DNA of 64,000 nucleotides from an uncultured Gammaproteobacteria bacterium. GTDB taxonomy: Bacteria > Patescibacteriota > Patescibacteriia > JAHIZJ01. Below, piece by piece: positions 48,969 through 59,022 of the stretch. The stretch is taken from contig CAZQLY010000003.1 of assembly GCA_964594455.1 (NCBI GenBank), forward strand, positions 37,360-101,359, written 5' to 3'. Under the pieces are notes generated by a model. That model was not told where the DNA came from, made no database searches, and saw only the letters and a program-made list of their open reading frames with translations. Position 1 is the first letter of the stretch. Each line of letters begins with the position of its first letter. Both the position numbers and the translations under genes were made by a program.

Positions 48969-49916
48969 TTATAGTTTTGGAGTTCGGCTCATACCAGAAC
49001 GTATTTCTTTGAAAGAAGTTTGGTTTACATTTGTCATAATTAATCCGATTATCAATGGCACCAAGAAACCAGCCGTACGGGACACCAAAACGACAATAGC
49101 AGCTACCTCGTTGGAAATTCCCAGCAGGGAATAAAGGAATAGCATTGATAAATCTTGGGCGCCGATTCCTAAGGGTAAGAACGAAACTATTGCTGCTAGA
49201 GTGCCGATCGCTTCGACTCCCAATACAGCCAGAGGCGAGACGGAAAATCCTAATGAGTGTAACACGGACCAAGAGAGAAGTGACTGAGCGAACCAGGTTA
49301 GTGCCGAGTAAATAATTATAGAAATTATGTGTCGGCGGTTACCGCTAAATTTAAGATTAGCTATTTTTTCATAAAGTTTCTCAAACCTCTTGGGAATAAA
49401 CCTTCTTAGCCAGTGCAGATTTCTGAGTACAAATAGTAAGACCAGCATTACAACCAAGAGCGCTAAGAAAGCCCAGATCAAGTTGGAACCTTCCATGAAT
49501 TGAATAACGAAGAATATCGAGGCCAAACTTAAAAACAAAAAATCAAATACCCGCTCAAAGATTGTCAGGGTGGTCCCAGTCAGACCAGGCACTTTTTTTT
49601 GCCAGAGTAAATAAATTTTGCTGGCTTCACCCAATCTCCCTGGCGTCATCATAGCAATGGCAATGCCCACCATCTGGATGAAGGTAACATCTTTAAAAGA
49701 CAACCTGTAGCCGTAGTATTTTAGAACAGCGCCGAACCGAATGATCTTGAAATAAATACTGAACATAAAAAAGATAAATCCCAGCGTCAACCAGAGTTTG
49801 TTTGACTGGACAAAAAGATCGCCGATCTGGGCGTAATCCAGTCCAGATAAAAAGTAAATTAAAAACGCCACTATAGCGACGTTGATGATGATAAATATTA
49901 TCTTTGCTTTTTTCAT
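48969..49916 (-). CDS. Lysylphosphatidylglycerol-synthase TM / flippase-like (UPF0104) protein
   Basis: TPGRLGEASK, ERVFD, PLGIGAQD. Confidence 0.8.
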   Translation of the reverse strand: MKKAKIIFIIINVAIVAFLIYFLSGLDYAQIGDLFVQSNKLWLTLGFIFFMFSIYFKIIRFGAVLKYYGYRLSFKDVTFIQMVGIAIAMMTPGRLGEASKIYLLWQKKVPGLTGTTLTIFERVFDFLFLSLASIFFVIQFMEGSNLIWAFLALLVVMLVLLFVLRNLHWLRRFIPKRFEKLYEKIANLKFSGNRRHIISIIIYSALTWFAQSLLSWSVLHSLGFSVSPLAVLGVEAIGTLAAIVSFLPLGIGAQDLSMLFLYSLLGISNEVAAIVVLVSRTAGFLVPLIIGLIMTNVNQTSFKEIRSGMSRTPKL

Positions 49917-50034
49917 TTGTATTTTATTAATAAGGTAAATACGGCCTAAATATAGCAGATTTTTGAAAAAGTATCCAGTTTGCCGCTGGCTGGTTATTAA
50001 GATACAATGAAAGAGTGTTACTTAAGAAATATTA

Positions 50035-51837
50035 GTGCATCTACTTTCTAAAAAAAGTTTATTCGTATTCAGCCTGAGCTTCTTGGTGGTTTTTATTATC
50101 GTGTTGCCTCTTTTACATAGCGGCTTCCCCTGGAATCATGACAAAGAGCTTTATATGGTCTGGTTATCTGAGTTTGATGTTGGTATTAAAGATGGACAAT
50201 TCTTGCCACGCTGGGTTCCGGATGTCTGGGTAGGATACGGCAGCCCACTTTTTAATTTTAACCAGCCTCTGTTTTATTATATTGCTGAACTATTCCATTT
50301 AATAGGAATTTCATTGCTGGCGTCGGTTAAACTAACACTGATCATTATCACTGCTCTGGGTTTCTGGTTTATGTATTTATTGGCCAGACAGTTTTTTGAA
50401 AGCCGAGGCGCGCTGATTTCTGCAGTAATATATTCGCTTTCGTCATACCATTTGGGACTGATATACAGTCGGGGAGCTCTGTCAGAATATTTAGCTATGT
50501 GTCTTCTGCCGCTTTTGTTTTTTCTCTTCTACCGCCTCAGACGAATTAGTTCCTTAAAATATTTCTTTTGGTGTGCTCTGGTGGTGGCTCTATTATTATT
50601 ATCACACAACATATCTACTATATTGTATTTACCACTGTTGACTGTTTTTATATTGATTTTTGGGAAACGAAAGTTTTCTTCCTACCTTTTATCTCTTGGT
50701 TCAATAGTAGTTGGGTTTTTATTATCGGCTTGGTTTTGGCTGCCGGCTTTTGCCGAGAGGCAGTATTTAAAGATAGACAACCTTTATTCCGGTCCCTACG
50801 ATTACCACAACAATTTTACCAGCTTAGGCAACCTCTTTTACAGCAACTTCATGGACAATACCGCGGTTTTCTACCAAGTAAGTTTTGTAGCTAGCTTGAT
50901 AATAGTTATCACAGTGGTTGCTTTATTCGTGCATTGGCAAAAAGATGTTCAGAAAAGCCGGATGGTCTTGTTCTTCTTAGTTATATCTTTGCTCAGCGTG
51001 TTCATGACCAACGCGGCATCGCTAATAATCTGGGAAAACGTACCCCTGATGGAATATTTGCAGTTTCCTTGGCGTTGGCTGAGTGTTGTTAACTTTGGCC
51101 TAGCTATTTGTGCCGGGGTGGTAGCCTGGCCGTTTATGCAAAGAGCTTTTGCCTGGATTTATAAAAAAATTAATTCTAAAGCCGAATATCGCTATCCCGT
51201 AGTTACTCCCGTGATTATCATTTTACTTTTGTTTTTCTTCTCACCCAGTCTGGGTCCATCAGGCGGATATTTGCCACAAAAGACAGACGAGCAATACACC
51301 CCACATCAACAAATTGTGGACCAACTGCATGAATCTACTACCTTAAATACGTTTGTATACAAAACCGCGATTTTTCCCCGAGATAACGATTTGGATAAAC
51401 TTGAAGAACGAGCCAACAACACGGTCCGGGATTTGTATGATCATATGCTAAACAACCAAGAATTTTTCTATCAGTCAGTCGAATTATTATCCGGACAGGC
51501 GATGATTACAGAAACGAATTCAACATCAGTCAGAGAAGAATACGAAATAGATTCCGTGGGAGAGTCAAAAATTATGATCAATACTTTTTGGTTTCCAGGT
51601 TGGCAAGCTGAGCTCGATGGTCAAGCAACGTCTATTAGCGTCAATGAAGATTATGGTCTGATGGAGTTCACCATACCGGCTGGTGTTCATAGTTTAGTCA
51701 TTGAATTTAAAAACACTACAATTAGAACTATAGCCAATATAGTTTCGTCCGTTGCCCTGGTTATATATGTTTTATTCGGTCTGTATCTGATTATTAAAAG
51801 GAAAACTCATAGTCCTGATGAAAAAATACTGGCCTAA
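50035..51837 (+). CDS. GT-C-type membrane glycosyltransferase (PTPS-related/YfhO-like), paralogue A
   Basis: HD, PRW..GYGSPLFNF, RGALSE, SAWFWLPA, QFPWRW, WFPGW. Confidence 0.75.
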   Translation: MHLLSKKSLFVFSLSFLVVFIIVLPLLHSGFPWNHDKELYMVWLSEFDVGIKDGQFLPRWVPDVWVGYGSPLFNFNQPLFYYIAELFHLIGISLLASVKLTLIIITALGFWFMYLLARQFFESRGALISAVIYSLSSYHLGLIYSRGALSEYLAMCLLPLLFFLFYRLRRISSLKYFFWCALVVALLLLSHNISTILYLPLLTVFILIFGKRKFSSYLLSLGSIVVGFLLSAWFWLPAFAERQYLKIDNLYSGPYDYHNNFTSLGNLFYSNFMDNTAVFYQVSFVASLIIVITVVALFVHWQKDVQKSRMVLFFLVISLLSVFMTNAASLIIWENVPLMEYLQFPWRWLSVVNFGLAICAGVVAWPFMQRAFAWIYKKINSKAEYRYPVVTPVIIILLLFFFSPSLGPSGGYLPQKTDEQYTPHQQIVDQLHESTTLNTFVYKTAIFPRDNDLDKLEERANNTVRDLYDHMLNNQEFFYQSVELLSGQAMITETNSTSVREEYEIDSVGESKIMINTFWFPGWQAELDGQATSISVNEDYGLMEFTIPAGVHSLVIEFKNTTIRTIANIVSSVALVIYVLFGLYLIIKRKTHSPDEKILA

Positions 51838-53578
51838 AATAATAATTCTGTTGGTGGGAGCGGCAATTTTATTAATTGCTGTATTCCCTTTGTTCAATAA
51901 AGGCTTTCCGTCAAACCATGACCGCAACCTTTATATGAACTGGCTGTATGAGTTTGACCAGAATATACGCTCAGGTAATTTAATACCCCACTGGGCACCC
52001 AATGTCTGGAATGGTTATGGTTCGCCGATTTTTAACTTTGTGCAGCCTGGATTCTATTATGTTGCCGAAATATTCCATTTATTAGGCGCTAGTTTAATTA
52101 TCTCGGTCAAAATTGCGATTATTATTGCAGTTGTACTGGCTTTTGTCTTTATGTATCTCTGGAGCAGGGAAGTGTGGCAGAATTCCTGGCTAGCTCTGGG
52201 TTGTGCCACTTTATACGTTTGGTCTCCCTATCATCTAGGCAATATGTATCTTCGCGGGTCTTTTGCTGAGCTTCTAGCTATGGCTTGGTGGCCTCTTATC
52301 CTTTTTGGCATTGTTCGTTTTGTCAGAAAGAATCAACTTAAATATTTTTATATCATAGCGCTAGGAACAGCAGCGTTGTTCTTATCTCATAACTTGTTGA
52401 CGGCGATATTTCTACCAGTAGCCTTCGTTTATCTTTTAATTCTTAGTTGGAAGAAATGGCATCAGTTATTATCAGCCGTCGGGGCATTTGTATTGGGTGC
52501 TGGATTGTCAGCCTGGTTTTGGTTGCCGGCTTTGGTCGAAAAGAAATATTTAAATACTGAGCTACTGTTTTCTGGCAACAAAAATTATGCCAACAACTTT
52601 TTAAATCTAAAACAATTAATTTACACCGAGTGGAAAGATCACATTTATCTGATCGGCTTCACCGGATTGTTGGTTTGTATTATTACGATATATTTTTTAG
52701 TTGAAAAAAGAAAAGCTCTGCGCATATCAAACAAGCAGCTTTGGTTTTGGTTATCAGTTACTATAGCTTCCATCTTTATGACCAGCTGGTCGTCCAAGTT
52801 TATCTGGGATGCAATAGAGCCCTTACAGTTTTTTCAATTTCCCTGGAGGTGGTTGTCATTAGTAAGTTTGTCTTTTGGCATCATGGGTGGGATTGTGATC
52901 ATGTACAAAAGAGATGTTCAGGCTTGGACTAAGCCTTACGTGTTATCTTTCTTATTGATCATAGTAACTCTATTCGTAAATTATACCTACGCTACGCCTT
53001 CAGGTTATTTGGAAGAACGCAGTGATGAAGATTATCGTTCTTTTAGAGAGAGGGAAATAGAAATCAAGAATGCTATCGAATCCGGCGAAACAAATATTAA
53101 AGTTTATTTCTTTTCTGAGATGCCGGAATTCTTTTCCAAAAAAACATCGCTGGCTAGTCTGGAAAAAATGTTGGAAGACCAAATCAACGATTACACCACG
53201 AGACTCAAAGATGACATAAACAGTAAAATTTCTTTTCCTGATAAGCTAGTGATCACCGAAGGGGAAACAGAAATTATCAATCAGTCTATTGAGATAGATG
53301 ATTATCAATTTGAATTACTGGTTTTACGAGATTCAAAAGTGCAGATTAATACTTTGTGGTTTCCAGGCTGGAAAGTGTATTTAGATAGTAAACCAATTGA
53401 ACCAGATATCAGCAGTGATCTTGGTTTGATGGCTTTTGATATAGCAGAGGGGGAGCACAATTTGCAAATTAGCTATAAAAGTAGTCCAGTAAGAAAAGTC
53501 GGGTATGCAATAAGCTGGATTTCCATTTTACTATTACCTGGCGTGGCATTGTTAGCCAAAAAAAAGAAAGCTAAGTAA
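51818..53578 (+). CDS. GT-C-type membrane glycosyltransferase (PTPS-related/YfhO-like), paralogue B
   Basis: Same motif series as the upstream paralogue. Confidence 0.75.
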   Translation: MKKYWPKIIILLVGAAILLIAVFPLFNKGFPSNHDRNLYMNWLYEFDQNIRSGNLIPHWAPNVWNGYGSPIFNFVQPGFYYVAEIFHLLGASLIISVKIAIIIAVVLAFVFMYLWSREVWQNSWLALGCATLYVWSPYHLGNMYLRGSFAELLAMAWWPLILFGIVRFVRKNQLKYFYIIALGTAALFLSHNLLTAIFLPVAFVYLLILSWKKWHQLLSAVGAFVLGAGLSAWFWLPALVEKKYLNTELLFSGNKNYANNFLNLKQLIYTEWKDHIYLIGFTGLLVCIITIYFLVEKRKALRISNKQLWFWLSVTIASIFMTSWSSKFIWDAIEPLQFFQFPWRWLSLVSLSFGIMGGIVIMYKRDVQAWTKPYVLSFLLIIVTLFVNYTYATPSGYLEERSDEDYRSFREREIEIKNAIESGETNIKVYFFSEMPEFFSKKTSLASLEKMLEDQINDYTTRLKDDINSKISFPDKLVITEGETEIINQSIEIDDYQFELLVLRDSKVQINTLWFPGWKVYLDSKPIEPDISSDLGLMAFDIAEGEHNLQISYKSSPVRKVGYAISWISILLLPGVALLAKKKKAK

Positions 53579-53602
53579 ATATTTTACTACTATGAATAAA
53601 TA

Positions 53603-53631
53603 TTGACAATTAGTAAAAAATGCGCTATACT
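53603..53631 (+). promoter_or_regulatory. Sigma70-type promoter for the WxL-like pair
   Basis: TTGACA-17 nt-TATACT. Confidence 0.75.
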
Positions 53632-53794
53632 TAAGGATGTAAGGCTCATTTTCCAACAAAAAAACACCAAAAAAACAAAAAGTAAAGAAAAACCAAAAAA
53701 ACCACTGGATCAGATTATAGTAAAACACTTTACTTTTTGAAAAGTGTTTTTTTATGAGAAATTGACCCTGAAAAACAAAAATCAAAATTTAAAA

Positions 53795-54373
53795 ATGAAA
53801 AGTAATATCCGGTTTTTAAAAGAGGAAATATTTGCGGTTATTGTACTATTTTTTGCCCTATTCATGGTTTACAGTTCAATGGAAGTTTCTCGAGCCGCAA
53901 ATACGGATAACTCAGAACTATATCAAAATATAGTTACTGGATCATTGGACATCGCAGCTGAGAATACGAATATTTCATTTAACAATGCTAACTCAGGTCA
54001 AGCCGCCAACTCTCTGATGAACATGAATAACGTTCAAGTTACAGACTATCGGGGAACTGGTGCTGGCTGGTCAGCCACTGGTGCCGATATTGAAAACCTC
54101 GTTGACGTTGATGATTCCAACGTGCAGATTACTTTGAACAACAGTTTGAGGTGGTCGCCCGGTGACGTGACCAATTTAAATGGAGCTGATATCACCGGAG
54201 TAACGGCGGGAACGGATGATGTATATTTAAACGCCACCCGAAATTTGATGACAGCTACGGCTTCAAACGGCTTAGGAGCCTATCAGATCGACAACACAGT
54301 TTTGAACTTTCAAGTCGAAGTCACTGATCAGGCTGGCAACTACGCCGCTACCTTAGAACTCACTGTCAGTTAA
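53795..54373 (+). CDS. Secreted WxL-like domain protein, copy 1 (192 aa)
   Basis: Signal peptide; VTDYRGTGAGWS; terminal GNYAATLELTVS. Confidence 0.7.
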   Translation: MKSNIRFLKEEIFAVIVLFFALFMVYSSMEVSRAANTDNSELYQNIVTGSLDIAAENTNISFNNANSGQAANSLMNMNNVQVTDYRGTGAGWSATGADIENLVDVDDSNVQITLNNSLRWSPGDVTNLNGADITGVTAGTDDVYLNATRNLMTATASNGLGAYQIDNTVLNFQVEVTDQAGNYAATLELTVS

Positions 54374-54384
54374 TAAATATAAAA

Positions 54385-54963
54385 ATGAAATCAAACATCA
54401 AAACAATCAAGCAGAAAATATTCAGCACGGTGATTTTATTTTTTGCGCTGGCCATGGTATTCGGACAGATGGAAGTATCACAGGCAGCTAACACTGACAA
54501 CTCTGAGCTTTATCAGAACTTAGTAGCTGGCAGTTTGGACATCTCTGCCGAAAACGCTACAATCGCTTTTAACAATGCTAACGCCGGTCAAGCTTCAGAC
54601 TCTCTGATGAACGTGAATAATGTTCAGGTTACTGACTATCGTGGTTCCGGTGCCGGTTGGTCAGCCACCGGGGCCGACATTGAAAATTTCGTTGACGTTG
54701 ATGATGCCAATGTTCAGATTACTTTAAACAGTAGTTTACTTTGGTCACCCGGCGACATAACAAACTTAAACGGTTCTGATGTCACTGGCGTTTCTGCGGG
54801 CACTGATGATCAGTATCTAAATGCAACTCGGAATTTAATGACTGCCACGGCTGATAATGGAATGGGCGCTTATCAGATTGATAACACAGTACTGAACTTC
54901 GAAGTTGAAGTCACAGACGCAGCTGGCAACTACGCTGCTACTCTGGAATTGACAGTAAGTTAA
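54385..54963 (+). CDS. Secreted WxL-like domain protein, copy 2 (192 aa)
   Basis: Close colinear paralogue of copy 1; VTDYRGSGAGWS. Confidence 0.7.
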   Translation: MKSNIKTIKQKIFSTVILFFALAMVFGQMEVSQAANTDNSELYQNLVAGSLDISAENATIAFNNANAGQASDSLMNVNNVQVTDYRGSGAGWSATGADIENFVDVDDANVQITLNSSLLWSPGDITNLNGSDVTGVSAGTDDQYLNATRNLMTATADNGMGAYQIDNTVLNFEVEVTDAAGNYAATLELTVS

Positions 54964-54982
54964 AAAAACCAAAAGCTATATA

Positions 54983-55015
54983 AAACTGTCCCGGTCGCCC
55001 CGGGATGGTTTTTTT
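54983..55015 (+). terminator. Intrinsic terminator
   Basis: AACTGTCCCGG-TCGCC-CCGGGATGGTT followed by a T-run. Confidence 0.75.
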
Positions 55016-55043
55016 ATCGTTTAAAATCTGTTATAATGTAGTT

Positions 55044-56573
55044 ATGAACACAGAAAAAATAAAAACGTTTTTTAGTAGAAAAAACATTTTACTTATTACA
55101 CTGGTATTGATCATATTCTTTTTGGGAATGCGTTTACCGCTGGATCCTGATTTAGGCTGGCATCTGCGCTCCGGTCAGTATATTTGGGAACATAAGGGCT
55201 TAGCTGAAACCGATCCCTTTTCACACACTTTCCCTGAGTATCCCTGGATTGCGCACGAGTGGTTGGCTGATTTAATTATGTACGGTCTAAATAGTATTGG
55301 ACCGGATTGGGGTATTGTTGCCCTGTCTGTATTTTATGCAGGCATTGCTGCCGCTGGCTTTCTTTTGGCTGGCAAAAGCTTCTCAGCAAGAAAAGAGTAT
55401 CAATACTTAGCTGCTATGTTGGCTTTATTAGTGAGTGTGCCGATTGTCGGCATTCGCCCCCAGGTTATCAGTATGCTGGGTTTGGGTATCACCTTCTTTA
55501 TATTATATAGATTTAGAAATAACGGGCAGTCAAAAGCAATATATTTTTTGCCTCTGGTTTTTGCCCTCTGGGTAAATCTCCACGGTGGTTTTTCTTTTGG
55601 TCTGTTTGCCATCGGCCTATTCTTTTTAGTCGAGCTTTTACGCCTGGCAGTAAAATGGCTCTATCTTAAGATTAGAAAGAAGGAGCTGGCATCTCGAGTA
55701 CTTAAAAAAGCCAGCTTTATTAAGTTGATGATTGTGGGATTAGCCAGTGGTGCGGCTACTCTGATTAATCCTTATGGCTTCAGGCTATACGAAGAAATAT
55801 ACGGCACTTTTGTTAATACTACTGGTTCAGCTTTCATCAAACAAAATATTGCCGAGTGGAATCCAGTCCAGTTCGGGCATCAGATGAGCATCCAATTGAT
55901 GGTATACCTTTCCTTGATAGTACTGTTGCTGCTTTTTTCTTTCAAAAAGATAGATTTCACTCATTTAACAATTTCGGTTGTATTCTTCATCATCGGTATA
56001 TCTAGTTGGCGTCATATGCCTTTATTAATGTTAGCCATTACCCCATTTTGGGTTTCGATTGCCCAGAATTTAACTGGTGATACTTTGGCTAGAATATTAA
56101 GGAAAAAATTCGTACTGCTCCTCTTTGTTATAGCTTTGGTTTTAATAGTCCGCCAGCAAATATCTGGGTTAGTTATTTATGGCTTAGATCCGGCAAAGGC
56201 AGCTGAAAAATCCCAGGCTCCATATCAGGCCATCCAATGGCTGAAGGAGCATCCGCCCAAGGGCAATGTTTTGAATGAATATAATTATGGCGGGTACCAA
56301 ATATGGCATTATCCTGAAAAAAAGGTGTTTATCGATGGCCGCATGGCAATCTGGGAGTATCAGGGTAAAAATGTATATCAGGATTGGATTAAAATCGGCA
56401 AGGTGGAAGAAGGGTATCTGGATTTGATCGATAAATACGACGTGGATTGGGTTTTAGTCAGAAAACGCTTAGCAATTGCGGTTTATCTAGCCAATAATGA
56501 AAATTGGGACCAGATCTATGAAGATGATCTATTTACGGTGATAGTCAGGAAAGGGTCACAGGATGAGAGTTGA
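55044..56573 (+). CDS. Polytopic GT-C-like glycosyltransferase
   Basis: DPDLGWHL..G, DPFS, HEW, RPQ, WVNLHGG, FIDGR; TGtTATAAT 6 nt upstream of ATG 55044. Confidence 0.65.
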   Translation: MNTEKIKTFFSRKNILLITLVLIIFFLGMRLPLDPDLGWHLRSGQYIWEHKGLAETDPFSHTFPEYPWIAHEWLADLIMYGLNSIGPDWGIVALSVFYAGIAAAGFLLAGKSFSARKEYQYLAAMLALLVSVPIVGIRPQVISMLGLGITFFILYRFRNNGQSKAIYFLPLVFALWVNLHGGFSFGLFAIGLFFLVELLRLAVKWLYLKIRKKELASRVLKKASFIKLMIVGLASGAATLINPYGFRLYEEIYGTFVNTTGSAFIKQNIAEWNPVQFGHQMSIQLMVYLSLIVLLLLFSFKKIDFTHLTISVVFFIIGISSWRHMPLLMLAITPFWVSIAQNLTGDTLARILRKKFVLLLFVIALVLIVRQQISGLVIYGLDPAKAAEKSQAPYQAIQWLKEHPPKGNVLNEYNYGGYQIWHYPEKKVFIDGRMAIWEYQGKNVYQDWIKIGKVEEGYLDLIDKYDVDWVLVRKRLAIAVYLANNENWDQIYEDDLFTVIVRKGSQDES

Positions 56574-57297
56574 TGAATACCAAACAATGTATGATATGGA
56601 ATCAAAGTACTGGTGGCACAAGGGTCGACAGTATATAATCGGTTATTTGTTGAAAAAACACTTGCCGAAAAGTGATAAAAGTGTTGAGATATTAGACTTA
56701 GGGTGTGGTACAGGCATTAATTTTGATATTCTGCAGAATTTTGGTAAAGTAAAGGGAGTTGATATATCCTCTGAGGCGTTGAATTTCTGTAAAAAGAGAG
56801 GAATAACAGATGTATATAAGGGCGATATCCTTAATCTCAAATTACCCAAAAGTTCTTTTGATGCCGTGACGGCCTTCGATATATTAGAGCATATTAATGA
56901 TGATGAGCGGGCTTTGAAGAATATATATAATGTATTGAAGCCCGGCGGAATAGCTTTTGTACTTTCTCCGGCCTATCAATTCCTCTGGTCAGAGCATGAT
57001 GAGGCCCTGCACCACAAAAGGCGGTACATGCTTTCAGAAATGCATCGTAAGATGACCCGAGCCGGATTTAAAATGAGAAAAAGGAGTTACTGCATCACCT
57101 TCCTCTCGGCACCAATATTTGTTTATCGGCTTTTGGCCAGCTTTCGTTCTAGTAAAAAACCTTCGACTTCTTATGTCATGCTTCCTGGTTGGTTAAATAG
57201 CATCTTTGCGCAACTGTTAAGATTAGAGGGCAAGCTACTTCAGGGCATGAATTTTCCATTTGGTATTTCAATTTTATGTATAGCCGAAAAAAAATGA
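56563..57297 (+). CDS. Class I SAM-dependent methyltransferase
   Basis: ILDLGCGTG, DILEHI, LKPGG, WSEHDEALHHKRRY. Confidence 0.9.
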   Translation: MRVDEYQTMYDMESKYWWHKGRQYIIGYLLKKHLPKSDKSVEILDLGCGTGINFDILQNFGKVKGVDISSEALNFCKKRGITDVYKGDILNLKLPKSSFDAVTAFDILEHINDDERALKNIYNVLKPGGIAFVLSPAYQFLWSEHDEALHHKRRYMLSEMHRKMTRAGFKMRKRSYCITFLSAPIFVYRLLASFRSSKKPSTSYVMLPGWLNSIFAQLLRLEGKLLQGMNFPFGISILCIAEKK

Positions 57298-59012
57298 AGC
57301 AAAAAATATTATTCACTACAGTTTTCTTTACTATCGCTTTGGCTAGTCTGTTTTTTATAAACCACGTGGAAGCGATCGCAGTTGGTTTGCGTGGAATCAG
57401 CCCAGCCAACCCTACTGCTAGCACGGGGCCGGGAGCTTCTTGGTTTATTTATGAATTAGAACCAGGTGAAACTATTGAAGACGCTGCATTGATAACAAAT
57501 CAGTCAGACGAGGATTATAACGTTGAAATTTATGCTGTTGATGCTGAGACGACTACTGATGGCGCCTTTGCTCCACTTAAGAAAAATTATGAACATACCG
57601 ACGTTGGCTCTTGGGTAACTCTTAGCACAGACAAAGTTGTTATTCCGGCCAAGAGCGAAGTCGAGGTACCGTTTACAGTTACAGTTCCGGAAACTGATGT
57701 TGACGTGGGTGAGCATTTTGGCGCTATAGTGATTCAGGAAATCAAGGAAAATGAAACCCAGGGAACGGGCACGGGCGTAGAAATTGTTACTCGAGTCGGT
57801 GTGCGCATGTATGTGACGATACCAGGTGAAATCAGGCGAGGTCTCGATATTGAAGAATTTCGCTATGGACTGATTAGCCGTTTGGTATATCAAAAAGAAA
57901 TCATCCCCTTGGACAGATTCCTTGATTTTTTAGGCTTAAAGCCTTCGGTCAGATTTTTCATGAAATTCCATAATACCGGAAATGTTAGGGTTGAACCATA
58001 TATTACTTTAAAGATAAAGAACCTTTTCGGACGGACCATATATGAGTCAGAGGAGCAGTATGGAGGCATAGTAATGCCGGGTCGGACAAATGAAGTGCCG
58101 CTTAATTGGACGGACCCGCCCTTTATTGGAAAATTCAATGTTGAAGCTACTGTGCGATTTGAAGGCGGAGAGACTCAAACCGTCACAACCACTGTTTGGA
58201 TTATTCCATATCCGTTGATAATATTACTGGCCTTAATCATTGTCTTGATAATAATCGGTCGGCTGTTATTTCACCTGATTGTAGCCAAAGAAAAAGATAA
58301 GATGAAAGTCCATATTGTTCAAGAGGGCGAAACAGTAGAAAAAATTGCTGAAATATACAGTGTTAATTGGAAGTATTTGGTCAGGATCAATAAGCTGAAA
58401 CCGCCCTATCAATTGAAGGTCGGGCAAGAATTATTGATTCCGAAGCAAAATATCTGGATCTCGTTTATCAAGTCATTCTTTAGCAACAAGAAGAACATTA
58501 TAATTCTGGCTATAGTGCTATTAGTGATTGGTGGAGCAATCGGATATTACTATTGGGACAAACACAGAGAGGAAATAAGATTGATGGAAGAAGCGGCTGA
58601 AGCAGACAAGCAAAGACAACAGGATTTAGAAGTTGTTTTAGGCGAAAGGACAGCCACTGATCAGCAGCGCAAGGATGATTTAAAAACAATTCAAGAAGCC
58701 TTAGCCAGGTACTATGAGGCTGAAGAAAGATATCCAATAGCTAATGAGGAAAGAAGTAAAACCACAGATGAAACTAGTATTTTCACTGAATTAGTAGAAA
58801 AAGGACATTTGTCTAAAGTCCCGCTGGACCCCAAACACCCTAACTACTATTATGGATACTTTTCTGATGCCGAGGGTACTGAATACGAACTGACCTGTGT
58901 TTTGGAAAACAAAACGGACGATGAAGGAATCAGAATAGATGATTTCGTATTTTATCGTTTGAGATCGTTAGGTCACTCGGCTGAGGATGAAGATCAGCAA
59001 GAAGCACAATAA
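57294..59012 (+). CDS. DUF916/DUF3324 (WxL-interacting)-like protein fused to LysM and a GspG/pilin-like head
   Basis: WFIYELEPGE, YAVDA.TT.DGAF, RVGVRMY, NTGNV; TM; LysM; TM; RKDDL..IQ.AL..YY...YP...P.DP. Confidence 0.7.
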   Translation: MKQKILFTTVFFTIALASLFFINHVEAIAVGLRGISPANPTASTGPGASWFIYELEPGETIEDAALITNQSDEDYNVEIYAVDAETTTDGAFAPLKKNYEHTDVGSWVTLSTDKVVIPAKSEVEVPFTVTVPETDVDVGEHFGAIVIQEIKENETQGTGTGVEIVTRVGVRMYVTIPGEIRRGLDIEEFRYGLISRLVYQKEIIPLDRFLDFLGLKPSVRFFMKFHNTGNVRVEPYITLKIKNLFGRTIYESEEQYGGIVMPGRTNEVPLNWTDPPFIGKFNVEATVRFEGGETQTVTTTVWIIPYPLIILLALIIVLIIIGRLLFHLIVAKEKDKMKVHIVQEGETVEKIAEIYSVNWKYLVRINKLKPPYQLKVGQELLIPKQNIWISFIKSFFSNKKNIIILAIVLLVIGGAIGYYYWDKHREEIRLMEEAAEADKQRQQDLEVVLGERTATDQQRKDDLKTIQEALARYYEAEERYPIANEERSKTTDETSIFTELVEKGHLSKVPLDPKHPNYYYGYFSDAEGTEYELTCVLENKTDDEGIRIDDFVFYRLRSLGHSAEDEDQQEAQ

Positions 59013-59022
59013 TAGCAAAAGA

